64,000 nucleotides of DNA from Acutalibacteraceae bacterium (lineage in GTDB: Bacteria; Bacillota; Clostridia; Oscillospirales; Acutalibacteraceae), in the NCBI GenBank assembly GCA_045602345.1, contig JAZSBI010000012.1, positions 17 through 64,016 on the forward strand, in the 5' to 3' direction. The notes under the pieces were generated by a model. The model worked only from the letters and a program-made list of their open reading frames with translations, was not told the origin of the DNA and did not search any database. Each line of letters begins with the position of its first letter. Within the stretch, counting starts at the first letter, position 1. The position numbers were made by a program, and so were the translations under genes. Of this stretch, positions 24,701-32,939 are shown piece by piece.

Positions 24701-27700
24701 TTATTTTATGTCACGTACTCTTGATACGCTTAAAGATGGCGGTATTATGGCTATGGTAGTACCGAGTAGTTTTCTTAATGGCGGCAGCTCATACGGCAAA
24801 GACTTAGAAAAGATTGCCGGTAAAGCAAAACTTCTTGAAGCGTGGCGTTTACCAAACGGAACATTTGACAGCACTGATGTTGGTACTGATATTGTTGTTT
24901 TCCAGAAAGGTGACGGCGGCAAAGTTGATGATTTTGTAAACTACTTTGCAAATAACCCTGATCATATTGCCGGAGAAGTTTCTACACGTATTGGACGTTT
25001 TGGAGAAGAAACATATATTAAATGTAAGGACGGTGAAACTTTTGAAAGTGCTGTTGACAATATCAGTGTAGATACAACTGATGCAGAATTACTTTTAAGG
25101 GAAACCGCGAAAATAACAGAAGTCAAAGAAGAAAAGCCGAAAAAGACAGAAGCCGAAAAGCATAATAATAGAAGCCGGGCCATGAAAGGTAATAAGAACG
25201 CCGAAGGCGCGCATGAAATGCTGAATTCGCCTGATGCTCATATTATGAATGTTGCTGAATTCAATGAGAAATACGGTAAGAACATCGACAAAGAAGACAT
25301 TGAAATTTGGAAGGCAACAGACAAATACGGCAATATCGATAAATCAAAACTGACTGATGAACAAATTGAGTATATCAAAAATAGCAATCATTATGTTTTT
25401 GATAACGGCGAATTTGTCAATGTTGTAAACTTTGCAAGCGGCAATATACGCAAGAAACTTAGAGAGCTATTGCCAAACGATCCACAGTATGAATACAAAA
25501 AGAAGCTGCTTGAAGACGTAATGCCGGTTGAACGCAAAATAGGACAGTTCTTATTGTCTCCAATAACAGACTGGGCCAGAAACTACAAAACGAAAGACGG
25601 CTTGAACCTGATTAAAGGCTTTATTGGCTGGGTTTACAACGGTAACGGCTATTATTCACCGGGCGATTCACCAGTTACACAAGAAGAAATTCCACCTGAA
25701 ATTAGTTTCAATGATGTTTTGGCATTTATTAACCGTGAGCCGGTAAGACTTGACCGCGGTGAAAAAGAAGATGATAAAAAGCTGAATGACCGCTTGAAGT
25801 TTAAGAAAAAGGAAAAGAGACAGGAATGCGCGAACAGACTTTTTAACCGGTATCTTGCCGAAGGTTTAGGACTTGAAGACCAGCAGGATTTAATAAAAGC
25901 ATGGAATGATAATTTTAACTCATTCAGAAACCCTGACTATACTAAAATTCCGGTTTTTGTTGATGGCATGTCTACTCACAAGGGAATGAAAAAATTCACA
26001 CTTACGCCACAACAATTAAAAGGTGTTACACAGCTTGTTAATAAAGGTACAGGCTTACTTGCGTATGATGTTGGTGTAGGTAAAACTGCAACCGGTATTG
26101 TAGCAACTGTTAATCAGATTCAGACAGGCAGAGCAAAAAGACCGTTAATTTGTGTACCAAAACCGACATATACAAACTGGATAAGAACAATCAAACAGCT
26201 TTTCCCAAACATTAAGGTTAATGAACTTGGAAACATGTCAGCTAAATATGTTGACAAAGATTTTACGCCAGAAGAAGGCTCTATTTCAGTTTGTACTTAT
26301 GAAGGTGTTGAAAATATCAGCTTTAACGATTCTGAAATGGAAAGTTTGAAGCGTGATATTGAAACTGTTAATTTTTATGATACAGGCGACAAGAAAGAAT
26401 CAAAAAGACAGCAGGCAAGCAGAGACGAAAAGAACGAAACTCAACTTGGTGAAATGACAAAAACACGCGACGAAGGTGTTCCATTTTCTCAAATGGGCTT
26501 TGACCATATCACTGTTGATGAAGTTCACAATTTCAGGAACTTGTTTAGAATGCCGCGCCGCTTACACAACAAAATTGCAACAGAAGACAATGAAGACATT
26601 GAGGAGGAAGATGTAAGCAAACAGTCTAATGAATTTGGCGCTTTAGGTACAGGCGGCGAACCATCAAACCGTGCAAAAAAACTGTTTGCAATTACACAGC
26701 TTATTCAGAAAAAGAATGAAGGACGTAATACATTCCTTTTAAGTGCAACGCCATTCCAGAATTCGCCGCTTGAGATTTATTCAATTCTTTCATTTATGGC
26801 AAGAGATAAACTGAAAGACTTAGGAATTTATTCTCTTGAGCAATTTGTAGGACAATTCTGTAAGCTGCAAAGTGAGTACGCTGTAAAAGCAAATAAGATT
26901 CAAGAAAAACTCGTAATGAAAGATTTTAACAATCTTTGTGCTTTACAAAATCTTATTACAGAATATATCGATAAAGTAGACGGAGAAGCCGCAGGGGTAA
27001 TACGTCCATATAAACGTACACATACGCCAGAACTTGAAATGACTGAATTACAAAAGGAAATTATGGCGCAATGCAGCGAGTATATTGAAGCACAAGAAGA
27101 ACTTCCAAAAGATGATAGAGATCCGGGGTATATGTTCAGGGCAATGAACGCGATGCGCAATTGTGCTTTAAGCCCGGCCCTTGTTGATGTAGACTTTTTC
27201 CCTGATCCGGCAGATAAACCGCCAATGAGTGAAATTGTTGAAAGTTCTCCAAAACTCAAGTTTGTTTGTGATTCTGTTATAGGACAATACAAACAGAATA
27301 GCAAAAATGGACAAGTTATATATATGCCGTCAGGCGTTGAACAATTCCCGGAAGTAAGAGATTATCTTGTAAAGAACGGCATTCCTAGAGACGCAATAGC
27401 CCTTATGGCAGGCGGCGCTACAACTGATAAAGCTATGGATGCGCGGCAGGCTGTTATAGATGAATTTAACGATGTTGAAGGAAAAACAAAGGTTATTATT
27501 GGAAGCTCAACAATAAAAGAAGGTATTAACCTGCAGGGCAATTCAACAGTTATTTATAACACGCAGCTTGACTGGAATCCTACGGATGCACAGCAGGTAG
27601 AGGGTAGAATTTGGAGACAGGGCAATAAACAGGGAATAACTCATATTGTTTACCCGTTGATGTATGATTCTATCGATTCAATGATTTACCAGAAATATGA

Positions 27701-28847
27701 TGAAAAATCATCAAGACTTGACGCTTTGTTTAGCTATCAAGGCGATACACTCAATGTTGCTGATATTAACCCGGAAGAATTGAAATTCGGACTTATTAAA
27801 GACCCTGAAAAACGCGCTGATTTACAGGTAATGGAATTCACCGATAAAAACAGAAATGATGCAAAAATGTACAGCCAGCTTATTGATGTTTTACACAGGC
27901 AGGTTGAAATTGCTTTTCAGTCGGATGATGTTCTTGCCAAAAAAGCAAACGATGCTATGCACTCTTGGAACTTCAGCGTTGAAAGTCATACAAAACGCTA
28001 TGAAGAAGAAAATGCAGAAGCAAAGAAATACAAAAAGCTGTATGATGAACTTGTTAAAAAATACAAGGGCAAAGAAGACACTTTTGAAAACAACGGTGCT
28101 TATTATACCCGTAGGAACGGAAAAGAAGGCTACGAAGAAGCATTAACTTATATAGGCCGTTCATATGAGAGTCACAAGGCATCAGCAAATAATTATAAAG
28201 AAACATTGACTCACTATAACAAAGAACTTAAAAAATTGACTGATAGCCGCGAATCATGTCGGAAATTCCTTGCAAATAAAGGCATTAACAATGAAGCTGA
28301 TTGCGATGCAAAAATTAAAACATATGTTCAGTTTATGGAAACTGCAAAAGACAACATTGAAAAGGCAAAGACAATGCGCGCGCAATTCTTGGAAGAAGCT
28401 ATAAAGGATAATAAAGCGAAAGAAAAGGTATTGCCATCTTTGGATGAAATGATTAAAGACAATATTTCATCTATTATGAATGACTTGCATCCAATGGACG
28501 ATGAATTCAAAGCGCGCCGACAGGATGAAAACGACAGACTGTTTAAGAGGGGTAAATACGCTGAAACACCGGTGTCAAAATCTCTTGACGGCTTGAAAAT
28601 TGAATTCATCAACTATGTTGAAAAAGAAGCAGCAAAAGAGTTTTATCAAAAATCTTTTGATGGTGTAGCTGATAGAGTTCAGTTTTTGAGTAATGTCAGA
28701 CATATAACGGACAAAATTGAACAAGTTCAATCGCCGGTAGAGTTATTGTCTTTACACAATGCAAGCAGGCCGTTATACAGAAATAATAACCGTTTCTCTA
28801 AAATGTCAGGCAGAATCAGAAAGCTTGTATTAAAAGGCATCAAATAA
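21762..28847 (+). CDS. giant multidomain protein: N-terminal tag, RNase-like modules, N6-adenine methyltransferase and SNF2-family helicase (DarB-like)
   Basis: Methyltransferase motifs IEPSSGIGRF and VAVGNPPYG. Helicase motifs DVGVGKTATG, VDEVHNFRN, LLSATPFQNSPLEIYS and DWNPTDAQQVEGRIWRQGN. Three NRSxAMxGNxNA motifs. Confidence 0.85.
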   Translation: MSRIIYTVDKSVLSSFTFFKPNQIIEKAAKGSQKAEHEYLYRYPNSKGGWNYIYKGEVEKVKKLFQNPIEKLSTIFQFAKEKVHTLYVNHGIKASYNATEKDFAKHILEYKLNKERWDKRFEKLEANQKHKSPVKLNGGKTTQRIQKEVKEVTGQDKKEPGEFKPNASLMRKVWAIFNKEKAAESDRKAESENQKKVKETFDAYADVLKNGGRLNISNPKLGNVVFDAGVLGDLTKKNKGGFGIRHLIASRYLKDGMNTDDICALLYLVKDTVETALPPDTEKSKINLKKDGIWVGISKEWNGEKENWIITGFPENDSEGNITKEAADTIKTVNAQYGYALEHSPIREQVGAVIASINTIASADNSVKPKESEIEAHENRPQAMLGNDNAKKDFTEADKELALSHIKNDAVKMLEIPYERKEYEKLFPRGEVKTPFETVKLGEHQFERLAAKDGGTRKNLIGAMYQTLKEPCAVIEDVDKQGREAKLYIKSFIGENKNKFTLAVVVDIDGKPVSVSFGERKEKQIEQKIKMAARFYYVAADSPTIGTGQEPLPNSSNISSIGGSVKLSEGDRVSQNGDTGVITNDFKNGLVFVEFDNGSKGRVKVSKLKKIDEPKEPETETVKPKESEIEAHENRSRAMLGNQNARKYGISDKSWNYLQRHFEEFENAGRNIITDTGAIDSDFYRAVMNPDTYLTPEQQKEKFAATDEFDAVFAQNGFKKVSEMLIAMYNDYKGATNAENNTGIEPGRLSDSNEPVQSEQLEGNSNKDVHSTENRADRNEPLFSSDESGNGLGRPNSTSDRGRGRITKAQARKIREQCREILKKPDSEITESDKEILSQYVGAGGTDEEDSSNSGVLYEFYTPRNVIKKVWQLVDKYNPNKNKKVIEPSSGIGRFAEDRTENFTLFELEEESARIARILHPDAEVVQGAFQKNFMKQENGRFADKNFDKFDVAVGNPPYGRYEGIYKGRGEGKEFKRYESYFMSRTLDTLKDGGIMAMVVPSSFLNGGSSYGKDLEKIAGKAKLLEAWRLPNGTFDSTDVGTDIVVFQKGDGGKVDDFVNYFANNPDHIAGEVSTRIGRFGEETYIKCKDGETFESAVDNISVDTTDAELLLRETAKITEVKEEKPKKTEAEKHNNRSRAMKGNKNAEGAHEMLNSPDAHIMNVAEFNEKYGKNIDKEDIEIWKATDKYGNIDKSKLTDEQIEYIKNSNHYVFDNGEFVNVVNFASGNIRKKLRELLPNDPQYEYKKKLLEDVMPVERKIGQFLLSPITDWARNYKTKDGLNLIKGFIGWVYNGNGYYSPGDSPVTQEEIPPEISFNDVLAFINREPVRLDRGEKEDDKKLNDRLKFKKKEKRQECANRLFNRYLAEGLGLEDQQDLIKAWNDNFNSFRNPDYTKIPVFVDGMSTHKGMKKFTLTPQQLKGVTQLVNKGTGLLAYDVGVGKTATGIVATVNQIQTGRAKRPLICVPKPTYTNWIRTIKQLFPNIKVNELGNMSAKYVDKDFTPEEGSISVCTYEGVENISFNDSEMESLKRDIETVNFYDTGDKKESKRQQASRDEKNETQLGEMTKTRDEGVPFSQMGFDHITVDEVHNFRNLFRMPRRLHNKIATEDNEDIEEEDVSKQSNEFGALGTGGEPSNRAKKLFAITQLIQKKNEGRNTFLLSATPFQNSPLEIYSILSFMARDKLKDLGIYSLEQFVGQFCKLQSEYAVKANKIQEKLVMKDFNNLCALQNLITEYIDKVDGEAAGVIRPYKRTHTPELEMTELQKEIMAQCSEYIEAQEELPKDDRDPGYMFRAMNAMRNCALSPALVDVDFFPDPADKPPMSEIVESSPKLKFVCDSVIGQYKQNSKNGQVIYMPSGVEQFPEVRDYLVKNGIPRDAIALMAGGATTDKAMDARQAVIDEFNDVEGKTKVIIGSSTIKEGINLQGNSTVIYNTQLDWNPTDAQQVEGRIWRQGNKQGITHIVYPLMYDSIDSMIYQKYDEKSSRLDALFSYQGDTLNVADINPEELKFGLIKDPEKRADLQVMEFTDKNRNDAKMYSQLIDVLHRQVEIAFQSDDVLAKKANDAMHSWNFSVESHTKRYEEENAEAKKYKKLYDELVKKYKGKEDTFENNGAYYTRRNGKEGYEEALTYIGRSYESHKASANNYKETLTHYNKELKKLTDSRESCRKFLANKGINNEADCDAKIKTYVQFMETAKDNIEKAKTMRAQFLEEAIKDNKAKEKVLPSLDEMIKDNISSIMNDLHPMDDEFKARRQDENDRLFKRGKYAETPVSKSLDGLKIEFINYVEKEAAKEFYQKSFDGVADRVQFLSNVRHITDKIEQVQSPVELLSLHNASRPLYRNNNRFSKMSGRIRKLVLKGIK

Positions 28848-28862
28848 GAAAGCGTATACTAA

Positions 28863-28884
28863 TTGCCTTACCGGAGTAAGGCAA
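28863..28884. terminator. hairpin between convergent genes
   Basis: TTGCCTTAC-cgga-GTAAGGCAA, a perfect 9-bp stem with no long T-run. Confidence 0.5.
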
Positions 28885-28889
28885 AAGAA

Positions 28890-29288
28890 TTATAACGCCA
28901 AAAAAGGACGGTTAAAAACTTTCTGCAATTTATAAAGCGTTTCTAAAGTTGGGTTTGTTTTGCGAGGGTTCTCTAATCGCTGATATTGTTGATAAGTCAT
29001 TCCGGCTTTTTCAGCAATATCTTTTTGTGATTTTCCAGCGCGTGCTTTTCTTAGCTCAATGGCAAAAGCAACTTTCGGAGAAACTTCAACAGGATAACCA
29101 CCGGTATATTTTGAAGGGGGAATTGGGAAACCTTTTTCAATATCAACAGACAGAACGCCGTCAAGTGCATCTTTTGCCATTTCTAAGGCTTCTTCTAAAG
29201 AATAACCGTAAGTAAGAACATTTGTCATGTCAGGGAACTGTGCAATAAATTTACCGTCTTTTTCCGTTATATCGCAGTTGTAAATCAT
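28890..29288 (-). CDS. hicB: HicB-family antitoxin with C-terminal HTH
   Basis: The N-terminus MIYNCDITEKDGKFIAQFPDMTNVLTYGYSLEEALEMAKDAL and an XRE-type HTH (SQKDIAEKAGMTYQQYQRLE). Overlaps hicA by 4 nt. Confidence 0.85.
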   Translation of the reverse strand: MIYNCDITEKDGKFIAQFPDMTNVLTYGYSLEEALEMAKDALDGVLSVDIEKGFPIPPSKYTGGYPVEVSPKVAFAIELRKARAGKSQKDIAEKAGMTYQQYQRLENPRKTNPTLETLYKLQKVFNRPFLAL

Positions 29289-29506
29289 TTTTGTTTCTCC
29301 TTTAATGTCTTTGGGTCTATATTTGCTTGTTTCAAAATATCTTTTGCAAAATCGCCAAGATCATCATCTTTCCCTTTATGGAATGGAACAGGCACAGGAC
29401 GTGCAAAACCTTCTTTTACAAAGATATGGTGAGAGCTGTTTATTCTATTCAACTTCCAACCGTTCTTTTTTAGTATTTTCATTAATTGTTTTGCCGTCAT
29501 TCCCAT
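29285..29506 (-). CDS. hicA: HicA-family mRNA interferase toxin
   Basis: Contains MTAKQLMKILKKNGWKLNRINSSHHIFVKEG...VPFHKGKDDDLGDFAKDILKQANI. The start is set at the internal Met (29506), directly downstream of the promoter. Confidence 0.8.
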   Translation of the reverse strand: MGMTAKQLMKILKKNGWKLNRINSSHHIFVKEGFARPVPVPFHKGKDDDLGDFAKDILKQANIDPKTLKEKQK

Positions 29507-29512
29507 ATCAAT

Positions 29513-29541
29513 AACATACAACATATATACTGTATTGTCAA
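29513..29541 (-). promoter_or_regulatory. hicAB promoter (possibly leaderless)
   Basis: Minus strand TTGACA-17-TATGTT. The A of ATG 29506 is the 7th nt after the -10. Confidence 0.5.
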
Positions 29542-29629
29542 TGATAATAATTTTCAAAAAACTCTATCTGACACCAACGCCGATAGTTAAATAATTGTAT
29601 TTATAATTACGTAAACAAAGATAAAATAC

Positions 29630-29657
29630 TTGAAAAATCCGCAAATAAAGATATAAT
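29630..29657 (+). promoter_or_regulatory. promoter of the paralog pair (possibly leaderless)
   Basis: TTGAAA-16-TATAAT. ATG 29665 is the 8th nt after the -10, and there is no SD. Confidence 0.45.
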
Positions 29658-29664
29658 GACACTT

Positions 29665-30204
29665 ATGAACGGTTCATCTAACGCCGCTACAAGTGGTATT
29701 CCAAAAAGCAAACTGAGGCAGCTGAAAAGGGCAGATTTTATAGTCGAAAACAATCTTCCTCCAGGCAACGCTATGCCGTCTATTACCGAAAACGAAGACG
29801 GTTCGCTCAATATAACATCATCTAGAATTGTTGATGGTAGTGATTATTGGGCAGGTGCTAAATTTCTGATGAAAAGAGGCGAATTCTTCATTCTTCGGGC
29901 GGAAAGAATCGATTCTGTGTTCGGAATGGTTGACTGGTGGCACAGAAACAATGACAGAGATTATATTCAGATTACGTCTGACGGCGAAGGTACTCTTAGA
30001 GGTAATGCAACTTTTACAGATGCAAAACAGGCTATTGTAATGACACAGGCCTGTCTGCCTGATGAAACGGAAAAAGAAATACATATCAGATTCGGTATAA
30101 ATGAAGGTACTACAGCCCCCGGAATTTATGGTCTTGAAGTATACATAGGAAATATAAGAGACCTTTGCAATGTTGCAAACGTCTTCAAACGAAAGGCGGT
30201 GTAA
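29665..30204 (+). CDS. hypothetical protein, paralog A of a two-gene family
   Basis: In frame with track ORF 29656. The C-terminal half aligns loosely with 30250..30750 (for example GLEVYIGNIRDLCNVANVFKRKAV versus GVTMYKVKTRKLFDALGLFRRESV). Confidence 0.6.
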   Translation: MNGSSNAATSGIPKSKLRQLKRADFIVENNLPPGNAMPSITENEDGSLNITSSRIVDGSDYWAGAKFLMKRGEFFILRAERIDSVFGMVDWWHRNNDRDYIQITSDGEGTLRGNATFTDAKQAIVMTQACLPDETEKEIHIRFGINEGTTAPGIYGLEVYIGNIRDLCNVANVFKRKAV

Positions 30205-30205
30205 G

Positions 30206-30750
30206 ATGGTAGGACGAACAAATGTTTCTGTAAACAGAATGGGGGGGGGGTGTTAGTTAAGGTTAACGCTTCCGGCATTGACCTTAGCAACAACGAAAAC
30301 GGCGGTTTTGGTTGGGGCGGAGATAATGCAGGTGCTTCTTATGCCGTCAGAGAGCCGCTTTCTGTAAGGGATAATGCGGACGGCACGGTCGATATATTGT
30401 CGGCTTATCAAGACCCCACTGGTTTCAGGCATCCATATTTTGCGGTGCATTGCAACGGCGATGAAACATTCCTGATGCATATAAGAAGCATGAAAGTGAA
30501 CACCTATATAGACTGGAACAGAAACGATGTGGCGATGGTTTCCTCTCCATTTGCGCTAAACGCAACTTTAGCGCAGGCGCAGAAAGTCATTGTTGTAAAG
30601 CCGACTTTTGACGTAGCAAATTATGAAGTCAAAATAAGCTTTGGCGCGAGAGGTGTGGACGACGCAGGGCTTTTCGGCGTTACGATGTACAAGGTTAAGA
30701 CACGCAAACTGTTTGACGCTCTGGGGCTTTTTAGGCGTGAATCTGTATAA
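30206..30750 (+). pseudogene. paralog B, reading frame broken at a 5' G10 tract (phase-variable candidate)
   Basis: ATG 30206 lies 2 nt after the upstream stop and encodes MVGRTNVSVNRMGGGC*. G11 would join it to the long frame (track ORF 30250..30750). Confidence 0.6.
30241..30250 (+). repeat. G10 homopolymer
   Basis: Counted directly: g at 30241-30250. Confidence 0.95.
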
Positions 30751-30760
30751 GGATTTTTTA

Positions 30761-30840
30761 TTGAAGCAAAAAACAAAATGATGTATACTTGTTTCTAACG
30801 ATTTGTTTCGCAGGAACAGTCTCATATTAATGGAGGTTGT
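30761..30840 (+). promoter_or_regulatory. promoter plus leader hairpin, copy E (no terminator)
   Basis: TTGAAG-17-TATACT. Hairpin 30804-30818 (TGTTTC-GCA-GGAACA). A possible alternative stem 30816-30823/30833-30840 covers the SD GGAGG. Confidence 0.65.
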
Positions 30841-30846
30841 CTCTTA

Positions 30847-32895
30847 ATGAACAAATCGGATTTCAATTCTTTATCACCAGAAACAAAGCTTAACTACTTC
30901 AAACGTGAACTTATCAAACGCCTTGCAGAACAAGAAAAAAAAGACAAACAGATAGTAAAAAAAGCTCTTTCATTTCTTGATATTATTTCAATTCAGAAAA
31001 GTGCAGGCGGCACAACAAGAAAGCGTCACGGCGTAGGCGAGCATGTTATATGGCACGGTCAGGAATATGTAAAAGTTTCCGAACATCCAGCAAGATACAA
31101 GCCCTATTATCGTGAAAACAGCCGTGGTGCACAACTTGCGGCGGCGGCAATTGCAAAAAAAATACGCGCTGCAAAAGATATTGATGAATTGATGCAGGTT
31201 GTTCAAGACAATATGCAGCGTTTCGGCTTTTCGTCCGACGGCAACGATCCATTGTTCAAACTTATGAAAGAAGCCCGGAAAGAATGGGCTAAAAACAAAA
31301 AATCTGGAAAATCGCCGCTTAGTGCTATGAGCACAAAAGAAATGCGTAAAAAATACGGAATTTCTGAAAAGAAAAAAGATGCAAACAATAAACCTGCAGG
31401 CGGCAATATTGAAGACAAGAAAAAGGCGTTAAAAGAAGTTGAAGACGCTATTGATAATGCCGGTGATTATGATGATATTGAGGAACTCGAAAACGAGCGT
31501 CAAAAACTACTCAAAGAAATAAAAGCATCTGAAAAGAAACCGGAACAAAAAGAACCAGAAGCCGAGAAAACAAAGAACCGTAGCGACGCAATGAAGGGAA
31601 ACAAAAACGCCTATAAAGACGGCCCGAAAGACGAAGAAAAAACACAGCGTTTCGCTACTCAAGATGAAGTTGACGAAGCTACAGCCGCTTGCGATAAACA
31701 AACAATTGAACGAAAAGACATGTTGAAAAAGCCTGCAACTCAAATTCAGCAGTATGCAAATTCAAACGTTGAGAATTTTGAAGGTGGCATTGATAAATTT
31801 ATCGAGCATATGCGCGAAGGTAATTCTGATATTTCAATGCAGAAAATTGGAAACGAATTCGCAAAATTGATAAATCATAATATCGCGCGCGATATATGGA
31901 ACGAATACGAATCAGGTCATTTGAAGATTGATGAAAACGGCTTATTCAAAGCAGCTGATGAAGACAAGCTTGAAAGCGAAAAGAATGATACAGAAAAGGC
32001 TATTGAAACAGCTAAAGAACAAATCAAAGAGAATGTAGAACACTACAAAAAATCTGAATATAACAGATGGTCTGCTGAATCAATCATCCGTAAACTCGGC
32101 AAAAAGAAACTAGAGGTATATGCAAACGCAAAAATTGAACTGGATGCAGAAAACTACGAAAAAGATTTGATTGCAAAAGTTGAAAGCATGATTAAAGACG
32201 GGAAAACAGTCAGTGAAACATCAATAGGTTTTGCAGTAAATAATCATTTTATCAATATTGAGTGTCAGAAACTTGCAAGAGCAAAACTTGAAAGCATGGA
32301 AAAAGTGGCCACAGAAATAGACTTGCCGGTAGATCCTGCTGATATGACAGAAGCAAGGTCTATTATTGGTGCTGATGTTGCTCGAATTTTGAACGGACGT
32401 GATGTATACGGGAATGCCAAACAAACTTTGACAGACAAAATACGAAGACGTGTACGCAACAATCCAGGTGTAGCGCGCGCTATGCTTGTTTTTATAAAAC
32501 AGGAACAGGAAAGAACCGGCAAAACCGTTTACACACCGAAACACAGTATATGGGAAGTTTTACCAAAACTCAATGAAAACGCAAAACAGGCAGCCGAAAA
32601 AGGCGAAGGCGAGAAGAAAACTGGTACATCCGGTGTATTGTATCACTCGGATGATGGTGTAACGGTTGTTGAAGATAAGGATTGGGGCAGATATAAAGTA
32701 GAATTCCCCGGCAAGCCTGATTCAGATACAATCAGCACATTGAAACACAACGGCTTTAGATGGTCTCCAAAAAACAAAGTTTGGGTATGCTACAACACAG
32801 CAAACGGCGAGTATTCATTAAAACGTGTTGCTGAAAAGCTCGGCTGGAAGAAAGGCGATTCAAAAGAATCTGCTGATGATACGGAGGGCGTGTAG
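30847..32895 (+). CDS. large K/E-rich multidomain protein with one NRSxAMxGNxNA motif
   Basis: 682 aa. KNRSDAMKGNKNAYK at nt 31573-31617. Has a compact C-terminal domain ...LKHNGFRWSPKNKVWVCY. Confidence 0.7.
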   Translation: MNKSDFNSLSPETKLNYFKRELIKRLAEQEKKDKQIVKKALSFLDIISIQKSAGGTTRKRHGVGEHVIWHGQEYVKVSEHPARYKPYYRENSRGAQLAAAAIAKKIRAAKDIDELMQVVQDNMQRFGFSSDGNDPLFKLMKEARKEWAKNKKSGKSPLSAMSTKEMRKKYGISEKKKDANNKPAGGNIEDKKKALKEVEDAIDNAGDYDDIEELENERQKLLKEIKASEKKPEQKEPEAEKTKNRSDAMKGNKNAYKDGPKDEEKTQRFATQDEVDEATAACDKQTIERKDMLKKPATQIQQYANSNVENFEGGIDKFIEHMREGNSDISMQKIGNEFAKLINHNIARDIWNEYESGHLKIDENGLFKAADEDKLESEKNDTEKAIETAKEQIKENVEHYKKSEYNRWSAESIIRKLGKKKLEVYANAKIELDAENYEKDLIAKVESMIKDGKTVSETSIGFAVNNHFINIECQKLARAKLESMEKVATEIDLPVDPADMTEARSIIGADVARILNGRDVYGNAKQTLTDKIRRRVRNNPGVARAMLVFIKQEQERTGKTVYTPKHSIWEVLPKLNENAKQAAEKGEGEKKTGTSGVLYHSDDGVTVVEDKDWGRYKVEFPGKPDSDTISTLKHNGFRWSPKNKVWVCYNTANGEYSLKRVAEKLGWKKGDSKESADDTEGV

Positions 32896-32939
32896 CTACA
32901 GAAAGCGAAGCGGAAGAACACCAGAATAGAAGTGATGCA

